From assembly GCA_023391625.1 (NCBI GenBank), contig JAEWAN010000023.1:31002-95001 (forward strand): a DNA stretch of 64,000 nucleotides, given 5' to 3'. The position numbers were made by a program, and so were the translations under genes. Shown here one piece after another: positions 1 through 9,267 of this stretch. The notes below the pieces were generated by a model. That model saw only the letters and a program-made list of their open reading frames with translations, was not told where the DNA came from and searched no databases. This stretch comes from Bacteroidota bacterium. GTDB taxonomy: Bacteria > Bacteroidota > Bacteroidia > Bacteroidales > Paludibacteraceae. The first letter of the stretch is position 1; each line of letters starts with the position of its first letter.

Positions 1-1
1 T

Positions 2-784
2 AATGCGCAGGTTAATATCCGTGCGGTATATTCGCTTACGGCTTCACTGAAGGACCTTATGAACGATGTTGAAGCTATTTCCAGCCGTACTTCAGTGCCT
101 GTTAATTGTATTTTGATTTTGACGGATAATCTGATGACGCCTACTATTCAGTTTGACATAGACTTGCCTTCCAGTGATGAGGTGGTGAAACAATATGTAA
201 AGAGTGAAATCGGGACAGAAGAAATGATGACACGTCAAATACTCTATCTGTTGGTATTTAATAAGTTTTATACACCGGAAGGATTAAAAGATCCTGATTA
301 TGCAGGAACGAACGATTTTCTTTCACTGGCCACTTCTACCGTAAGTTCACAGATGAACAACATCCTTTCCCAGATGTCCAATAAAATTTCGTTTGGTTTG
401 GATGCACAGGTGCGTGAGGAAGACCGTATAGAATGGCAGGCAGCTATCATGTACCAGCCGAATGACCGCTGGATAGTAAATGGAAACTTCGGCTATCGTG
501 ACGGACTTAGTGCAGATGATGCGGATTATAATAACCGTTTTATTACAGACTTCGATGTGGAGTACCTGCTGACCAAGTCCGGTAAGTTAGGTCTGAAATT
601 TTACAATCATACTGTGGACAGGGCGCAGCTGAAAGCAGCCCGGAATACGCAGGGAATAGGTATTATGTATAAGGAAGATTTTGATACGGTAGGTGACCTT
701 TTCAAGTACTACTGGCAGAAAATCATTAGTATAGGAAAAAAGAAAAACAAGGAAAATAAAGAAATTGATGAAACGGATAAGTAA
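2..784 (+). CDS. tamB: Translocation/assembly module TamB-family protein, C-terminal part (5' end outside window)
   Basis: Frame is open from position 2. C-terminal beta-strand pattern (FDIDLP...QILYLLVFNKF...NGNFGYR...DFDVEYLL..SG.L.LKFYN...TQGIGIMY) typical of Bacteroidetes TamB. Confidence 0.8.
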   Translation, partial: NAQVNIRAVYSLTASLKDLMNDVEAISSRTSVPVNCILILTDNLMTPTIQFDIDLPSSDEVVKQYVKSEIGTEEMMTRQILYLLVFNKFYTPEGLKDPDYAGTNDFLSLATSTVSSQMNNILSQMSNKISFGLDAQVREEDRIEWQAAIMYQPNDRWIVNGNFGYRDGLSADDADYNNRFITDFDVEYLLTKSGKLGLKFYNHTVDRAQLKAARNTQGIGIMYKEDFDTVGDLFKYYWQKIISIGKKKNKENKEIDETDK

Positions 785-1421
785 TTTGACCATTCTTTTG
801 GTTTGTGTTTTGTTGCCCTTAAAGGCTCAGTCCACTTTGGAACAGTTGTATGTCAACATGCCGGATATGCTGAATCCTGCGATGTCTAAAAAACAACGTA
901 TGGAACAAATAGAATATTATAAAGCCGGTTCAGACAGTGTGGCCAATCGTTTTAATAACCAGGTGTACGTACGTGCGTTTGATGAACAGAACGGGTATAT
1001 GAAAATTCAGACTACCGACATTTCAGCCATGGAAATAAAATATTTTATCAATGGAAATGATACGGTTGTGGGTGTTATAAAAACAGTCTGTACTCCCATA
1101 TGCCAGTCTGTAGTCAATTTTTATACAACAGCCTGGCATAAACGTTCGGATATTAAATTTAGTATGCCCAAAGCGGTGGAATGGTTGGATCCGGAAATGA
1201 TGAAACAAACAACGGAAAATACAGAAATAGCCCGTAAGCTATTGGATGTAAGTTTTATATCCCTTTCTTTTTCTCCGGATCAGAATGAAATTTTAGCGTT
1301 AAACCATAGCCTGGATTATTTGTCGGAACAGGATAGGGAAATTGTAGCTCCTTTGTTAAGGGAAGAACCTATCATTTTTCGTATCGACAATAAAGAGTGG
1401 TTACGCGTTGTAAATGATTAA
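765..1421 (+). CDS. DUF3256-family periplasmic protein
   Basis: Signal peptide, then MPD..P.....R, TVC.P.C.S...FY...W motifs recognised from Bacteroidales DUF3256 proteins. Confidence 0.65.
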   Translation: MMKRISNLTILLVCVLLPLKAQSTLEQLYVNMPDMLNPAMSKKQRMEQIEYYKAGSDSVANRFNNQVYVRAFDEQNGYMKIQTTDISAMEIKYFINGNDTVVGVIKTVCTPICQSVVNFYTTAWHKRSDIKFSMPKAVEWLDPEMMKQTTENTEIARKLLDVSFISLSFSPDQNEILALNHSLDYLSEQDREIVAPLLREEPIIFRIDNKEWLRVVND

Positions 1422-1692
1422 TATAAAGAGAATAAATTATTCTTTTTCCAGAATCGGAGTTGTCGATCTTGTGTTTGTTTGAAAAATCAAATCGTTTCTT
1501 CTTTGGAAAAAACAGAATGGTTTATTTAATTTGTTGTAGATGAGGTGTCTGTTTTAATACATTGTTATTCAGACTTCCAATTATTAGAAAGTTCCTTTAT
1601 CTTTACGTTAAGAGAAAAATGTAAACTATACAGCGCAGGTTTTTAAATCTCTTAGGCGACAACACTTTTAAAGAGAGCATTCTTATAAATGG

Positions 1693-1720
1693 AGCCTAAG
1701 ATTTTTTCTTAGGCTTTTTT
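1693..1720 (+). terminator. Intrinsic terminator
   Basis: agcctaaga-ttttt-tcttaggct perfect 9-bp stem followed by a T run. Confidence 0.7.
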
Positions 1721-1986
1721 CTCCGGTCGAATACCATTTTTACGCGCCATTTAAACAGAAATTACTATCAAATGCCGCCCAGCCACCGGAAATTAACATG
1801 AAATTAAAGCAAATGTACATTTTGTCCCCCCCCTATATTGGGTTGATAAAATTGCATATGCAAGAGAATACCCGTAGAGAGAAAATGTTTGGTTTTATTG
1901 GTCAGTGTATCGGTTGGTTTTATCGTTGAAATGTAGTTTGGTCTGGATAGTAGGAGCGGAGTCCTTTTTCTTTAGTAAAATATCCA

Positions 1987-2880
1987 TCACTCTTTACAGG
2001 CATATTTATATACCATTTGCGATATATCTGCTATGATTTGCGAAGTAACCGAAGCATTTTCTGCAGAGTCTTTTATAAAAACAACTATTGTGTACCTTTT
2101 TCCGTTGGGTAGTAAAACAAACCCTACGTCATTTATTCCGATGATTTTACCTTCATTGTTGAGGTCACCGGTTCCTGTTTTGTGTCCGATGATGGCTTTC
2201 GTTTCCTCAAGAGGGAAAGCTAAACGGTCTTTACCTGTCTGACAGGTAATCATTGCTTGTTTTATAAAATCCTGATATTCTTTATCAAACAGCTCTTTAG
2301 TCAACAGTAATTCTATCATTTTAGCTGTTTCAAGTGGCGTGCTCCAATTTAAGTAACAGTTTTCTATGCTCTTATGCATATCATCTTCCGTGGCTTGAAT
2401 AGCGAACCGTTGCAACCCCAGTCCCCGGATGTATTGGTCGGTAGCCTCAGGACCTCCGGTTATGCTAAACAGAATATCACAGGCATTATTATCGCTTAGA
2501 TGTAATGTGTACTTTAATAAATCCTTGATTGTAAGGGATACGTTTCCTGCCGGATATTTTTCACGAAGAGGGCTGTAAGTATCCGGTTTTAAATCTTCCG
2601 GATAGATGTAAACCGGAGTGTCAAAAGACAAACCTTCCTTTTGACAATAGTCGGCAACGGCTAAAGCCTGATGCAGTTTGAATACACTCATCAGCGGATA
2701 ACGGCAGTCGTTATTTACAGTAATGGTATCTTGGCCGTTTAATATCACAGCTATACCTACTTGTGCGTTTAGGTTGGCTGCGAACTGTTGCAGTTGCCGT
2801 TCCAAAGTTCTGTTGCCGGCTTGGAATATTATTGGGAACAGAAGCAGGCACAATATGGGTAATATATTTTTCTTGTTCAT
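1987..2880 (-). CDS. bla: Class A beta-lactamase, subclass A2 (CepA/CblA-like)
   Basis: Signal peptide, SxxK (MSVFK), SDN, E166-region TEDDMH and KTG motifs. Confidence 0.92.
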   Translation of the reverse strand: MNKKNILPILCLLLFPIIFQAGNRTLERQLQQFAANLNAQVGIAVILNGQDTITVNNDCRYPLMSVFKLHQALAVADYCQKEGLSFDTPVYIYPEDLKPDTYSPLREKYPAGNVSLTIKDLLKYTLHLSDNNACDILFSITGGPEATDQYIRGLGLQRFAIQATEDDMHKSIENCYLNWSTPLETAKMIELLLTKELFDKEYQDFIKQAMITCQTGKDRLAFPLEETKAIIGHKTGTGDLNNEGKIIGINDVGFVLLPNGKRYTIVVFIKDSAENASVTSQIIADISQMVYKYACKE

Positions 2881-2951
2881 GAAAAATTATCCCTGATTGA
2901 ATTTCTATTACATTGAATAAATGTGTTTTATGTAGATGCTTAATAGAGAAA

Positions 2952-4622
2952 TTATAATCTCTCTATTAAGTCTTCCGGTAAGTAAAATGCATTATTCTGC
3001 TTCATGTATACAATAAGACTTCCGGTTTCCAACGGTTTACCGTTGATGTAAACGATAGAAGAATTAGCCGGGATACTTATTCTTTTACGTCCTTTCTTTG
3101 CTTCTAAAGTAGTTTTGCCGTCTTTTTCAGAGATTGAATATTTCCAGTCGGCAAAGACTTGGGTATGTTTGGAGTATAATTTCTGTGTCAGTTCGTTCAG
3201 GGTAGAGTGCAGCCCGATAGCATCGCATAAATAATTATTAATTTCAACATTTGTATTTAATCCGACAGGAATTTCATTCTTAGGATGGTAAGCAGCCAGG
3301 AATACATCTTCCGAAGTATGTCCCCCGCTTGAGAACCCGATATAGGTTTTAGAATTCATGATCCGCGCAATGGAAGAAGCTAGATTCTCGTTGTTACTAA
3401 CCTGCATGTAGTCTCCTTCCGTATAGTTCTTGGAATGCAGTAGCAAGGTCAGTTCATCATCAGTCAGGTCAATGTTAGTATAGTGTTTGAAAATGTTTCG
3501 GAAATCTTCCGGTTTTGATTTCAGTAAAATAGCTTCCAGCCCTCTGGCGGTTTTCTGATAATTAGATAAAGGCTCGAATACTTCCTGTATTCCCCGTCTT
3601 GCATAATCATGGAAATTATAGTTGCCTACCACGAAGCCGCTGTTCCCATGGTCAGGAAGAATGATAACAGTCGTTTCTCCGTTTTTTAATGCAAAGTCCA
3701 AAGCAACCCGTACAGCCTTGTCAAAAGCCAGGAACTCCGTAATGCAGCCGATTGCGTCATTAGCATGAGCAGCATAGTCCACCTGGCTGCCCTCTACCAT
3801 CAGGAAGAAACCTTTATCCTCTTTAGAGAGACGTTCTATTGCCTTTTGTGTCATTTCTGAGAGTGACGGAACTTGTGTTGTGTCCCGGTCGATGTCATAG
3901 GGGAGGTTTGTGTCGCAAAACAATGCCCATACTCTTTCGTCTCCGTTAAATTTGCGGAAAGCCTCAATATCGTTTTTGTAAACCACAGCACCCTGATTTT
4001 GCAGGTGGTTTTGCATGTCATCCTGCATATAGTTTACTCCTCCTGCAAATACAACATCAATATTGTTGTGTGCCATTTGTCTGGCAATTTCCTGATACTC
4101 ATAACGTGAAGTATGGTGAGCGGCAGTAGCTCCCGGAGTGGCATGAGGAAACTCCACGGTAGCAACAATTCCTACTGCTTTTCCCAATCCATATTTAGCC
4201 CCTTCCAGGACGGTGGCAAGGGGTTGGTATGTCTTTTCCGGATCGCCGCTTACCGGATAAATATCCTGTATAGTGTCCTGTTCCGGATATATGGATATAT
4301 TATTTACTTTTTGGGGCATACCCGTCATATAAGCAGACATTGCAGGAGCCGAATCTACCACCGGGGCGTTAGATGAATATGTTTTTACCAATCCGCAGAA
4401 GTAAGGGTCGACAGCTAAATGATCATTACCACCGTTGTATATTTGAAACCAGCGGGCGGCAGATAAAACGCCGATAGATGTACCGTCCGGAATCATTAGG
4501 ATTACATTTTTAGTCGGGGTTACCGTTTTTTTGTATTGTGTCTGGGAAAAAACGCAAAAGCAGATAAATAGGGACGTGATGGTAAAAATAATTTTTTTCA
4601 TTGGTAAATATAAATGGTTCAT
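2952..4622 (-). CDS. Alkaline phosphatase (PhoA family); true start probably MKKIIF at ~4601
   Basis: NVILMIPDG, DSA catalytic Ser, HATP, FFLMVEGSQVDYAAH, DH and GHTSEDV metal-binding motifs. Confidence 0.9.
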   Translation of the reverse strand: MNHLYLPMKKIIFTITSLFICFCVFSQTQYKKTVTPTKNVILMIPDGTSIGVLSAARWFQIYNGGNDHLAVDPYFCGLVKTYSSNAPVVDSAPAMSAYMTGMPQKVNNISIYPEQDTIQDIYPVSGDPEKTYQPLATVLEGAKYGLGKAVGIVATVEFPHATPGATAAHHTSRYEYQEIARQMAHNNIDVVFAGGVNYMQDDMQNHLQNQGAVVYKNDIEAFRKFNGDERVWALFCDTNLPYDIDRDTTQVPSLSEMTQKAIERLSKEDKGFFLMVEGSQVDYAAHANDAIGCITEFLAFDKAVRVALDFALKNGETTVIILPDHGNSGFVVGNYNFHDYARRGIQEVFEPLSNYQKTARGLEAILLKSKPEDFRNIFKHYTNIDLTDDELTLLLHSKNYTEGDYMQVSNNENLASSIARIMNSKTYIGFSSGGHTSEDVFLAAYHPKNEIPVGLNTNVEINNYLCDAIGLHSTLNELTQKLYSKHTQVFADWKYSISEKDGKTTLEAKKGRKRISIPANSSIVYINGKPLETGSLIVYMKQNNAFYLPEDLIERL

Positions 4623-4767
4623 TGAATTACCACAAAGTTACGAAGAATAAAGGAAAGTGGACAGAAAAATATTTTAAAATTATATGAATAAAAACTGTAA
4701 AGTTGTTTGGTATTTATCAAAAAAGCTATATCTTTGCACCGCTTTTGAGAAAGAAAGCATATCTCTT

Positions 4768-4852
4768 GGAGAGGTGGCAGAGTGGTCGAATGCGGCGGTC
4801 TTGAAAACCGTTGTACTGCAAGGTACCGGGGGTTCGAATCCCTCCCTCTCCG
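4768..4852 (+). tRNA. tRNA-Ser (TGA)
   Basis: GGAGAGG acceptor stem, TGGTCGAA D-loop, anticodon loop CTTGAAA, long variable arm, GGTTCGAATCC T-arm. TATCTTTG -7 box upstream. Confidence 0.97.
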
Positions 4853-4864
4853 CAAGAAGGACAG
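4840..4864 (+). repeat. att direct repeat (tRNA 3' end plus terminator arm), copy 1
   Basis: Identical to 9243-9267; imperfect similarity continues through the terminator hairpin. Confidence 0.9.
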
Positions 4865-5151
4865 CTTATAACTGTCCTTCTTTTGTTTTTCCCTCCTGTA
4901 AATCTTCTGATAGCGATATTCAACACTATTCAATTATATTCAATTATGTTAAATTATGCTCAAATTGCTATTTTTTTTACCAAATCTTGCAAAGCCTAAA
5001 CACTACCTTTTAAAACCTAATATGAAACGAAAACGACTGTCCCGGCCGGAAACACATAAAAAAAGTTGAATTTACGAGAGGTAGGAAAAAAGGTTATGAA
5101 TTCAACTCCCTTATCTATCAAATCTGCATAAATTTTAAAAGACACATAATT

Positions 5152-5596
5152 ATGGAAGCAGTAACATTCTCAGAAGCAAGAGTTTATGTGGGTACATACG
5201 CCCAGTATAACAACGGTTCACTTTTCAGCAAGTGGTTAGACCTATCCGACTATTCGGATAAGGACGAGTTTTTGGAAGCGTGCCGGGAACTGCACAAGGA
5301 TGAGTGAGACCCGGAATATATGTTTCAGGATTACGAAAATGTACCCGAAAGCTGGTTGTCTGATAAGTTCTTTGAACTTCGGGATGCCATCGAAAAACTA
5401 ATTGAAAACCAGTAGGAAGCGTTTTTTGTATGGTGCGACCACCACAATAGCGATGTAAGCGAAGAAGACACAACGACCTCATTTCTTTCTTTGAGGACGA
5501 ATATTAGGGATAATATAACGATGAAGAAAACTATGCCCATGATTTATTATAACTGATTACTGGTTTGATGATGGTTTTGTCTTTCGTGTTTGCTGA
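5152..5596 (+). pseudogene. ardA: Antirestriction protein ArdA pseudogene
   Basis: MEAVTFSEARVYVGTYAQYNNGSLFSKWLDLSDYSDKDEFLEACRELHKDE*DPEYMFQDYENVPE...DYWFDDGFVFR. In-frame TGA at 5305, further stops and a frameshift. Confidence 0.85.
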
Positions 5597-5850
5597 TTAT
5601 TCACCGAGGGAAACCTGCCCACAAACCAAATTACAATGAAAACAGGCGGTTTATTCAGGCTATTGTTCCGGGTGGAACTGTTGACTTTAGTAATTTATTT
5701 TTTGTCTACATTAGCGGGTATATGGTTATCCTTGATAGTTCATTTTTCATTATCCGCTTTATACTGCGGTTGTTTGTATTCCACTATATAGCTTTTTAAT
5801 GTCTGCGGTTTTCATTATCTTAATATTCACATTATTAATATAGTTGCTTT

Positions 5851-6057
5851 ATAGAATCACTAAATAAAAACGGAGTATCTACGACCCTAGAGCCGAGACA
5901 AGAAAAATATGTAACGTTCATTGCTGGGGCATTCAGGGGAACAGAATATTTTCAGTATGATTACTGCCACACGGAAGGAGAACTACTTTCTACGATAGCG
6001 AAAACACTGGAAGAGTGCCGGAAACGGCGGAATGAATGGCTGTCTAAAAAAGGATAA
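5851..6057 (+). pseudogene. DUF3873-like conjugative-transposon protein with no canonical start (ATA)
   Basis: Open frame NGVSTT...EKY...FQYDYCHTEGELLSTIAKTLEECRKRRNEWL* matches the DUF3873 pattern. Not in the ORF track. Confidence 0.7.
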
Positions 6058-6157
6058 TTATACGGGTGGAATTCCCACTCGCTACTTTTTTTCGTGAAGT
6101 GCGCTGAAAGAAGAAAGTCGTAAAGAAACCCTTTTTACAATCTTAGTTTATACACAA

Positions 6158-7330
6158 TTAAAAAAGCCATTCACCATCGGCTTTTTTAATTCTCCATTGT
6201 TTCGTAAAATCGAAAATAAATTCATTATTAGAAACATCAAGCCATTTATTAATAGAACAGATTAGAAGAAATATTATTTCAGAGTATCTATCAAGCACAT
6301 TTTCATCTAGTGTGAAATAGTTTGTAAGATTTGGGATGACACCTATTGGAAAATCTCCAAAATTACAGACTATTCCCTTTTTTTCGTCTATTTTCTTCAT
6401 CAAAATGTACCTATTAGGTAACTTATCTGTTGTCTTGTCAGACCCTTTTATGATAAATAAATCCTGTTCCTTTTCTTTGGTAGCAGTGAATAATTTAGAA
6501 AAATAATTAGTTCTAAATTTGCTATATTCCCCAAACCACTCATATATATCAATCAATGAATTTAATATTTCTCTATTATAGTAAGGAGAGCCTAAAGCTT
6601 GATTGATATAATTATGTATATTATTTTCATATTCATCAAACATCTTAAACAGATAAAAACCTAATATTTTTTTCTCTTTCAAATTATCAGATAAGTCTTC
6701 TTTTGATAAGTTTAGAAATGTTTGTATGGCAGCGAACAAATTTTTCTTTGAACCTTCAAAATCAGTTATTAATAACAAATGCGAAAGCAATCCTAATATT
6801 TCCTTATCTATTTCTTTTTTTAGAAAATCTAAAATTTTATCCGTTAGATTACCTTTTGCATTCATCTCTATAATAGCGGACTCGATTTTAGTTGATAATT
6901 CAGCTTTGCTATTATTGTGAGAGAAATCCATTACTCTCCTATTTCTAAGGTCAAATGGTAAGTCTTTATAATCTCCAAATTCGTTATTATAAATACATAT
7001 TATTTTTTCCCAGCCTAATGCCCGTGCTGCAAATCCAAGTTCAATTAATACATTAGGATTTGGTGTTTTTCTTGAGTCTTCAGATTTTGAGTTTATGATT
7101 GAAATATCGGCAATAAATACATTGCATCTCGCTATCTTGGTAAAGATAGATTCGGCTATATCAGGTGAACCAGCCAGACTTCTTGTAGCTTTGTCAAACT
7201 TTAAATCAATAGAAATAGGTTTTTTAACTTGTAATTTTTTCAATGCACTTTTTATAGATGCTTCAATAAAATTTAAGTTTTTGTTTTTAGGTAAGTCTGA
7301 TTGCCAAGAATAAAAAATAGTCTTTTCCAA
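6158..7330 (-). CDS. TIR-like / nucleoside 2-deoxyribosyltransferase-like domain protein with unknown C-terminal domain (candidate defence effector)
   Basis: IFYSWQSD...GSPDI...IF.KI...VFIADISIIN...PNPNVLIELGFA...LPFDLR motif series with the conserved Glu. TTG start; AT-rich. Confidence 0.75.
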   Translation of the reverse strand: MEKTIFYSWQSDLPKNKNLNFIEASIKSALKKLQVKKPISIDLKFDKATRSLAGSPDIAESIFTKIARCNVFIADISIINSKSEDSRKTPNPNVLIELGFAARALGWEKIICIYNNEFGDYKDLPFDLRNRRVMDFSHNNSKAELSTKIESAIIEMNAKGNLTDKILDFLKKEIDKEILGLLSHLLLITDFEGSKKNLFAAIQTFLNLSKEDLSDNLKEKKILGFYLFKMFDEYENNIHNYINQALGSPYYNREILNSLIDIYEWFGEYSKFRTNYFSKLFTATKEKEQDLFIIKGSDKTTDKLPNRYILMKKIDEKKGIVCNFGDFPIGVIPNLTNYFTLDENVLDRYSEIIFLLICSINKWLDVSNNEFIFDFTKQWRIKKADGEWLF

Positions 7331-7350
7331 GTTTGTAATTTTAATTGTTC

Positions 7351-8346
7351 TTATTTTTTTATTCGTTTTGTATTACCAAATTGCTTATTTTCTAAAGCCG
7401 TTTCTTTATGAATCATTTCTATTCGTTTGTCGCGGCTCTCAAATGAAATCTTTTTACCAATAACTTCTCCTTTGTTGGTTATCAGATAATTAAATTTCCA
7501 TTTCCCTTTTTTGGATAATAAAAATTGTACCTTAGCAATGTTGATATGTTTACTTAGTTCTTCAATTTCTTTTTTTACATCCGCAATTTTATTTTTAGAA
7601 AGAGATTTTAAAACTAAATTTTTATCTCTTGTTCTTGCGATTAGCTCTATATGTGGTGTTCCGGGAAAATCAAAAATAATACTTGCTGGTCTTGTTTTGG
7701 GAATGCATCTATAAAGAAACTCTCTTAAAGTTTCATCTATGAGTTTTATTATTTTTTTTCCTTCAGTAACAGCATAATCAGAAATATCATCAGATACTTT
7801 TTCTCCTACTTGCTTTGCGACAGGCTTTAAAAGTTGATAAAATATGAAAGAACTTACAAGTTGAAAAATGATTTCGGGGTCAGGTATTGCAGACTTCCTC
7901 ATTTCTTCTTTCATATCAATATCTAAATCAATTTTTGAGCTCACGTAAGTTTTATATTTCTTATATTCTTCATAAGATTTGAAATTATTAGGGCCAGTCA
8001 ATATTGAAATTTTATTAGGTGTATTGTTTTCTACTTCTGCAAATTGAAAAGAATTTGGAAATGATTCTTTTATCAATGTTTCATCCCAATCAACTATTTC
8101 TGATTTTTCAAATTCGCAAAAATCAGCTTCAACCAAATAATAATCACCTTCTTTTTTTAAAGAGGCATTTTCTATTCTTCCTTTTGGTGGAAAATCTTTT
8201 CTATGGTCTACTCCCATCCTTATGCAATGGTCTTTATTATTAATTGCTTCAACCATTTGTTCTAATGCTTCTAAAGACATTCTATTCCCATGACTGTCAA
8301 TATGTGTAGAAGAGATAACAGTTCTATATTTTTTAGGACTTCCCAT
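7351..8346 (-). CDS. Hypothetical protein, N-terminus resembling a phage prohead-protease fold
   Basis: Intact 331-aa ORF. ISSTHIDSHGNRMSLEAL...GVDH...PPKGRI recalls the HK97-type prohead protease N-terminal pattern (ST..D..G.....AL...H....P.G). Confidence 0.5.
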   Translation of the reverse strand: MGSPKKYRTVISSTHIDSHGNRMSLEALEQMVEAINNKDHCIRMGVDHRKDFPPKGRIENASLKKEGDYYLVEADFCEFEKSEIVDWDETLIKESFPNSFQFAEVENNTPNKISILTGPNNFKSYEEYKKYKTYVSSKIDLDIDMKEEMRKSAIPDPEIIFQLVSSFIFYQLLKPVAKQVGEKVSDDISDYAVTEGKKIIKLIDETLREFLYRCIPKTRPASIIFDFPGTPHIELIARTRDKNLVLKSLSKNKIADVKKEIEELSKHINIAKVQFLLSKKGKWKFNYLITNKGEVIGKKISFESRDKRIEMIHKETALENKQFGNTKRIKK

Positions 8347-8436
8347 CTGTAAAATAGATGAATTGATATTAAAGCAAAAATACCCATAAAAAAAGAACTG
8401 ATAAAATAAATTACCAAGTGTTTTTCAATAAGTTGC

Positions 8437-8890
8437 CTAAAGTTGTTTGTTCCTTCTGCTTTTTTTTCTCATTCTCATTGTGTTAAAGGCAAATGTAAGT
8501 TGTACCACCAGCCCGAAGCTATCTTCAATATACACATCAATCTTTTGCTGGTCGGTGAATGCAAATGTATATACAACTGGAACACTTTTCCCGCAAGCGG
8601 GTACAAATCATTCGGAAGACAAGCCATTTCGTCCGGCACCCACAGCGTTCCTTTTCCATCTGGTGAAAGTACCTGATGAAGTATTTCGTTTTTTCATAGC
8701 ACCCTTCCCGGTGAAGTTGAAAGCGAATTTCAGCCGTTTCAACCTACTTTAATTTGTTTCTGTACTGGCAATGTTGTTACTGTGAGAGTACGCCTGTTGA
8801 ATATCCAGTTTATCATTACAAGAAAGCATCAGCAGCATTACTCCAAGCAAGTACCTCCCCTATAATTATATTTCTTACTATTCTTTTCAT
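8437..8890 (-). pseudogene. traQ: Conjugative transposon TraQ (DUF3872) pseudogene
   Basis: Fragments across frames: SCNDKLDIQQAY, PVQKQI, AEIRFQLHREG, YFIRYF, DGKGTL, LPNDLYPL, TDQQKIDVYIEDSFG. Multiple frameshifts. Confidence 0.8.
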
Positions 8891-8896
8891 ATCGCT

Positions 8897-9168
8897 TTAA
8901 TTTATAATGAATTTTACCCCGATACCGAACTATGTATGAAACTTTCCAACAGGAGAACCGAACAGGTACTTTTCCCGTGTGTTAATTAGGAATGCCACCA
9001 CTAATATAATTTTCCTGTGTCAGCGCACCACCATAGACAAAATCGTTTTTATCCGTCAGCGTTGATTCATCGGGTAGCAGCTTGCTCCCTCAGTTAATCG
9101 TTTCATACCCGGTAAGGGCAGACAATGAACAGCCAAAGAACGACAGATAAACGTCTTTTTTGAAACCT
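8897..9168 (-). pseudogene. traO: Conjugative transposon TraO C-terminal fragment
   Basis: SALTGYETIN*GSKLLPDESTL..K..FVYGGA...GKFHT*FGIGVKFIIN*, directly upstream of traQ. 5' boundary approximate. Confidence 0.75.
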
Positions 9169-9242
9169 AAATTGTACCCCCTAAGGCATTGACATGTTGA
9201 TAAAGAGTTGAATTAAAGCGACATAAGGAGATAGGTTCATAA

Positions 9243-9267
9243 CCCTCCCTCTCCGCAAGAAGGACAG
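9243..9267 (+). repeat. att direct repeat, copy 2
   Basis: Identical 25 bp to 4840-4864; preceded by a degenerate T-arm (ggttcataa) and followed by the same terminator stem. Confidence 0.9.

Larger units (their letters stand above)
4840..9267. mobile_element. Decayed conjugative transposon (ICE) remnant integrated at tRNA-Ser; no integrase left
   Basis: 25-bp direct repeat ccctccctctccgcaagaaggacag at 4840-4864 and 9243-9267 flanks ardA, DUF3873-like, traQ and traO remnants. Confidence 0.85.

Noticed and set aside
4619..5013. Several short ORFs on both strands around 4.6-5.0 kb
   Set aside because: They overlap tRNA-Ser and its promoter/terminator; shadow translations.
5225..5799. ORFs 5225-5482(-), 5331-5540(-), 5590-5799(+)
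   Set aside because: Antisense or off-frame to the ardA pseudogene and adjacent decayed CTn sequence.
7351..8346. Prophage interpretation of the prohead-protease-like gene
   Set aside because: No portal, terminase, capsid or integrase genes nearby; flanks are conjugative-transposon genes.
6158..8346. Assignment to CBASS, Pycsar or Thoeris
   Set aside because: No nucleotidyltransferase, cyclase or SIR2/Macro/SLOG partner is visible in the island.
8443..8752. + strand ORFs of 77 and 101 aa
   Set aside because: Antisense to the traQ pseudogene.
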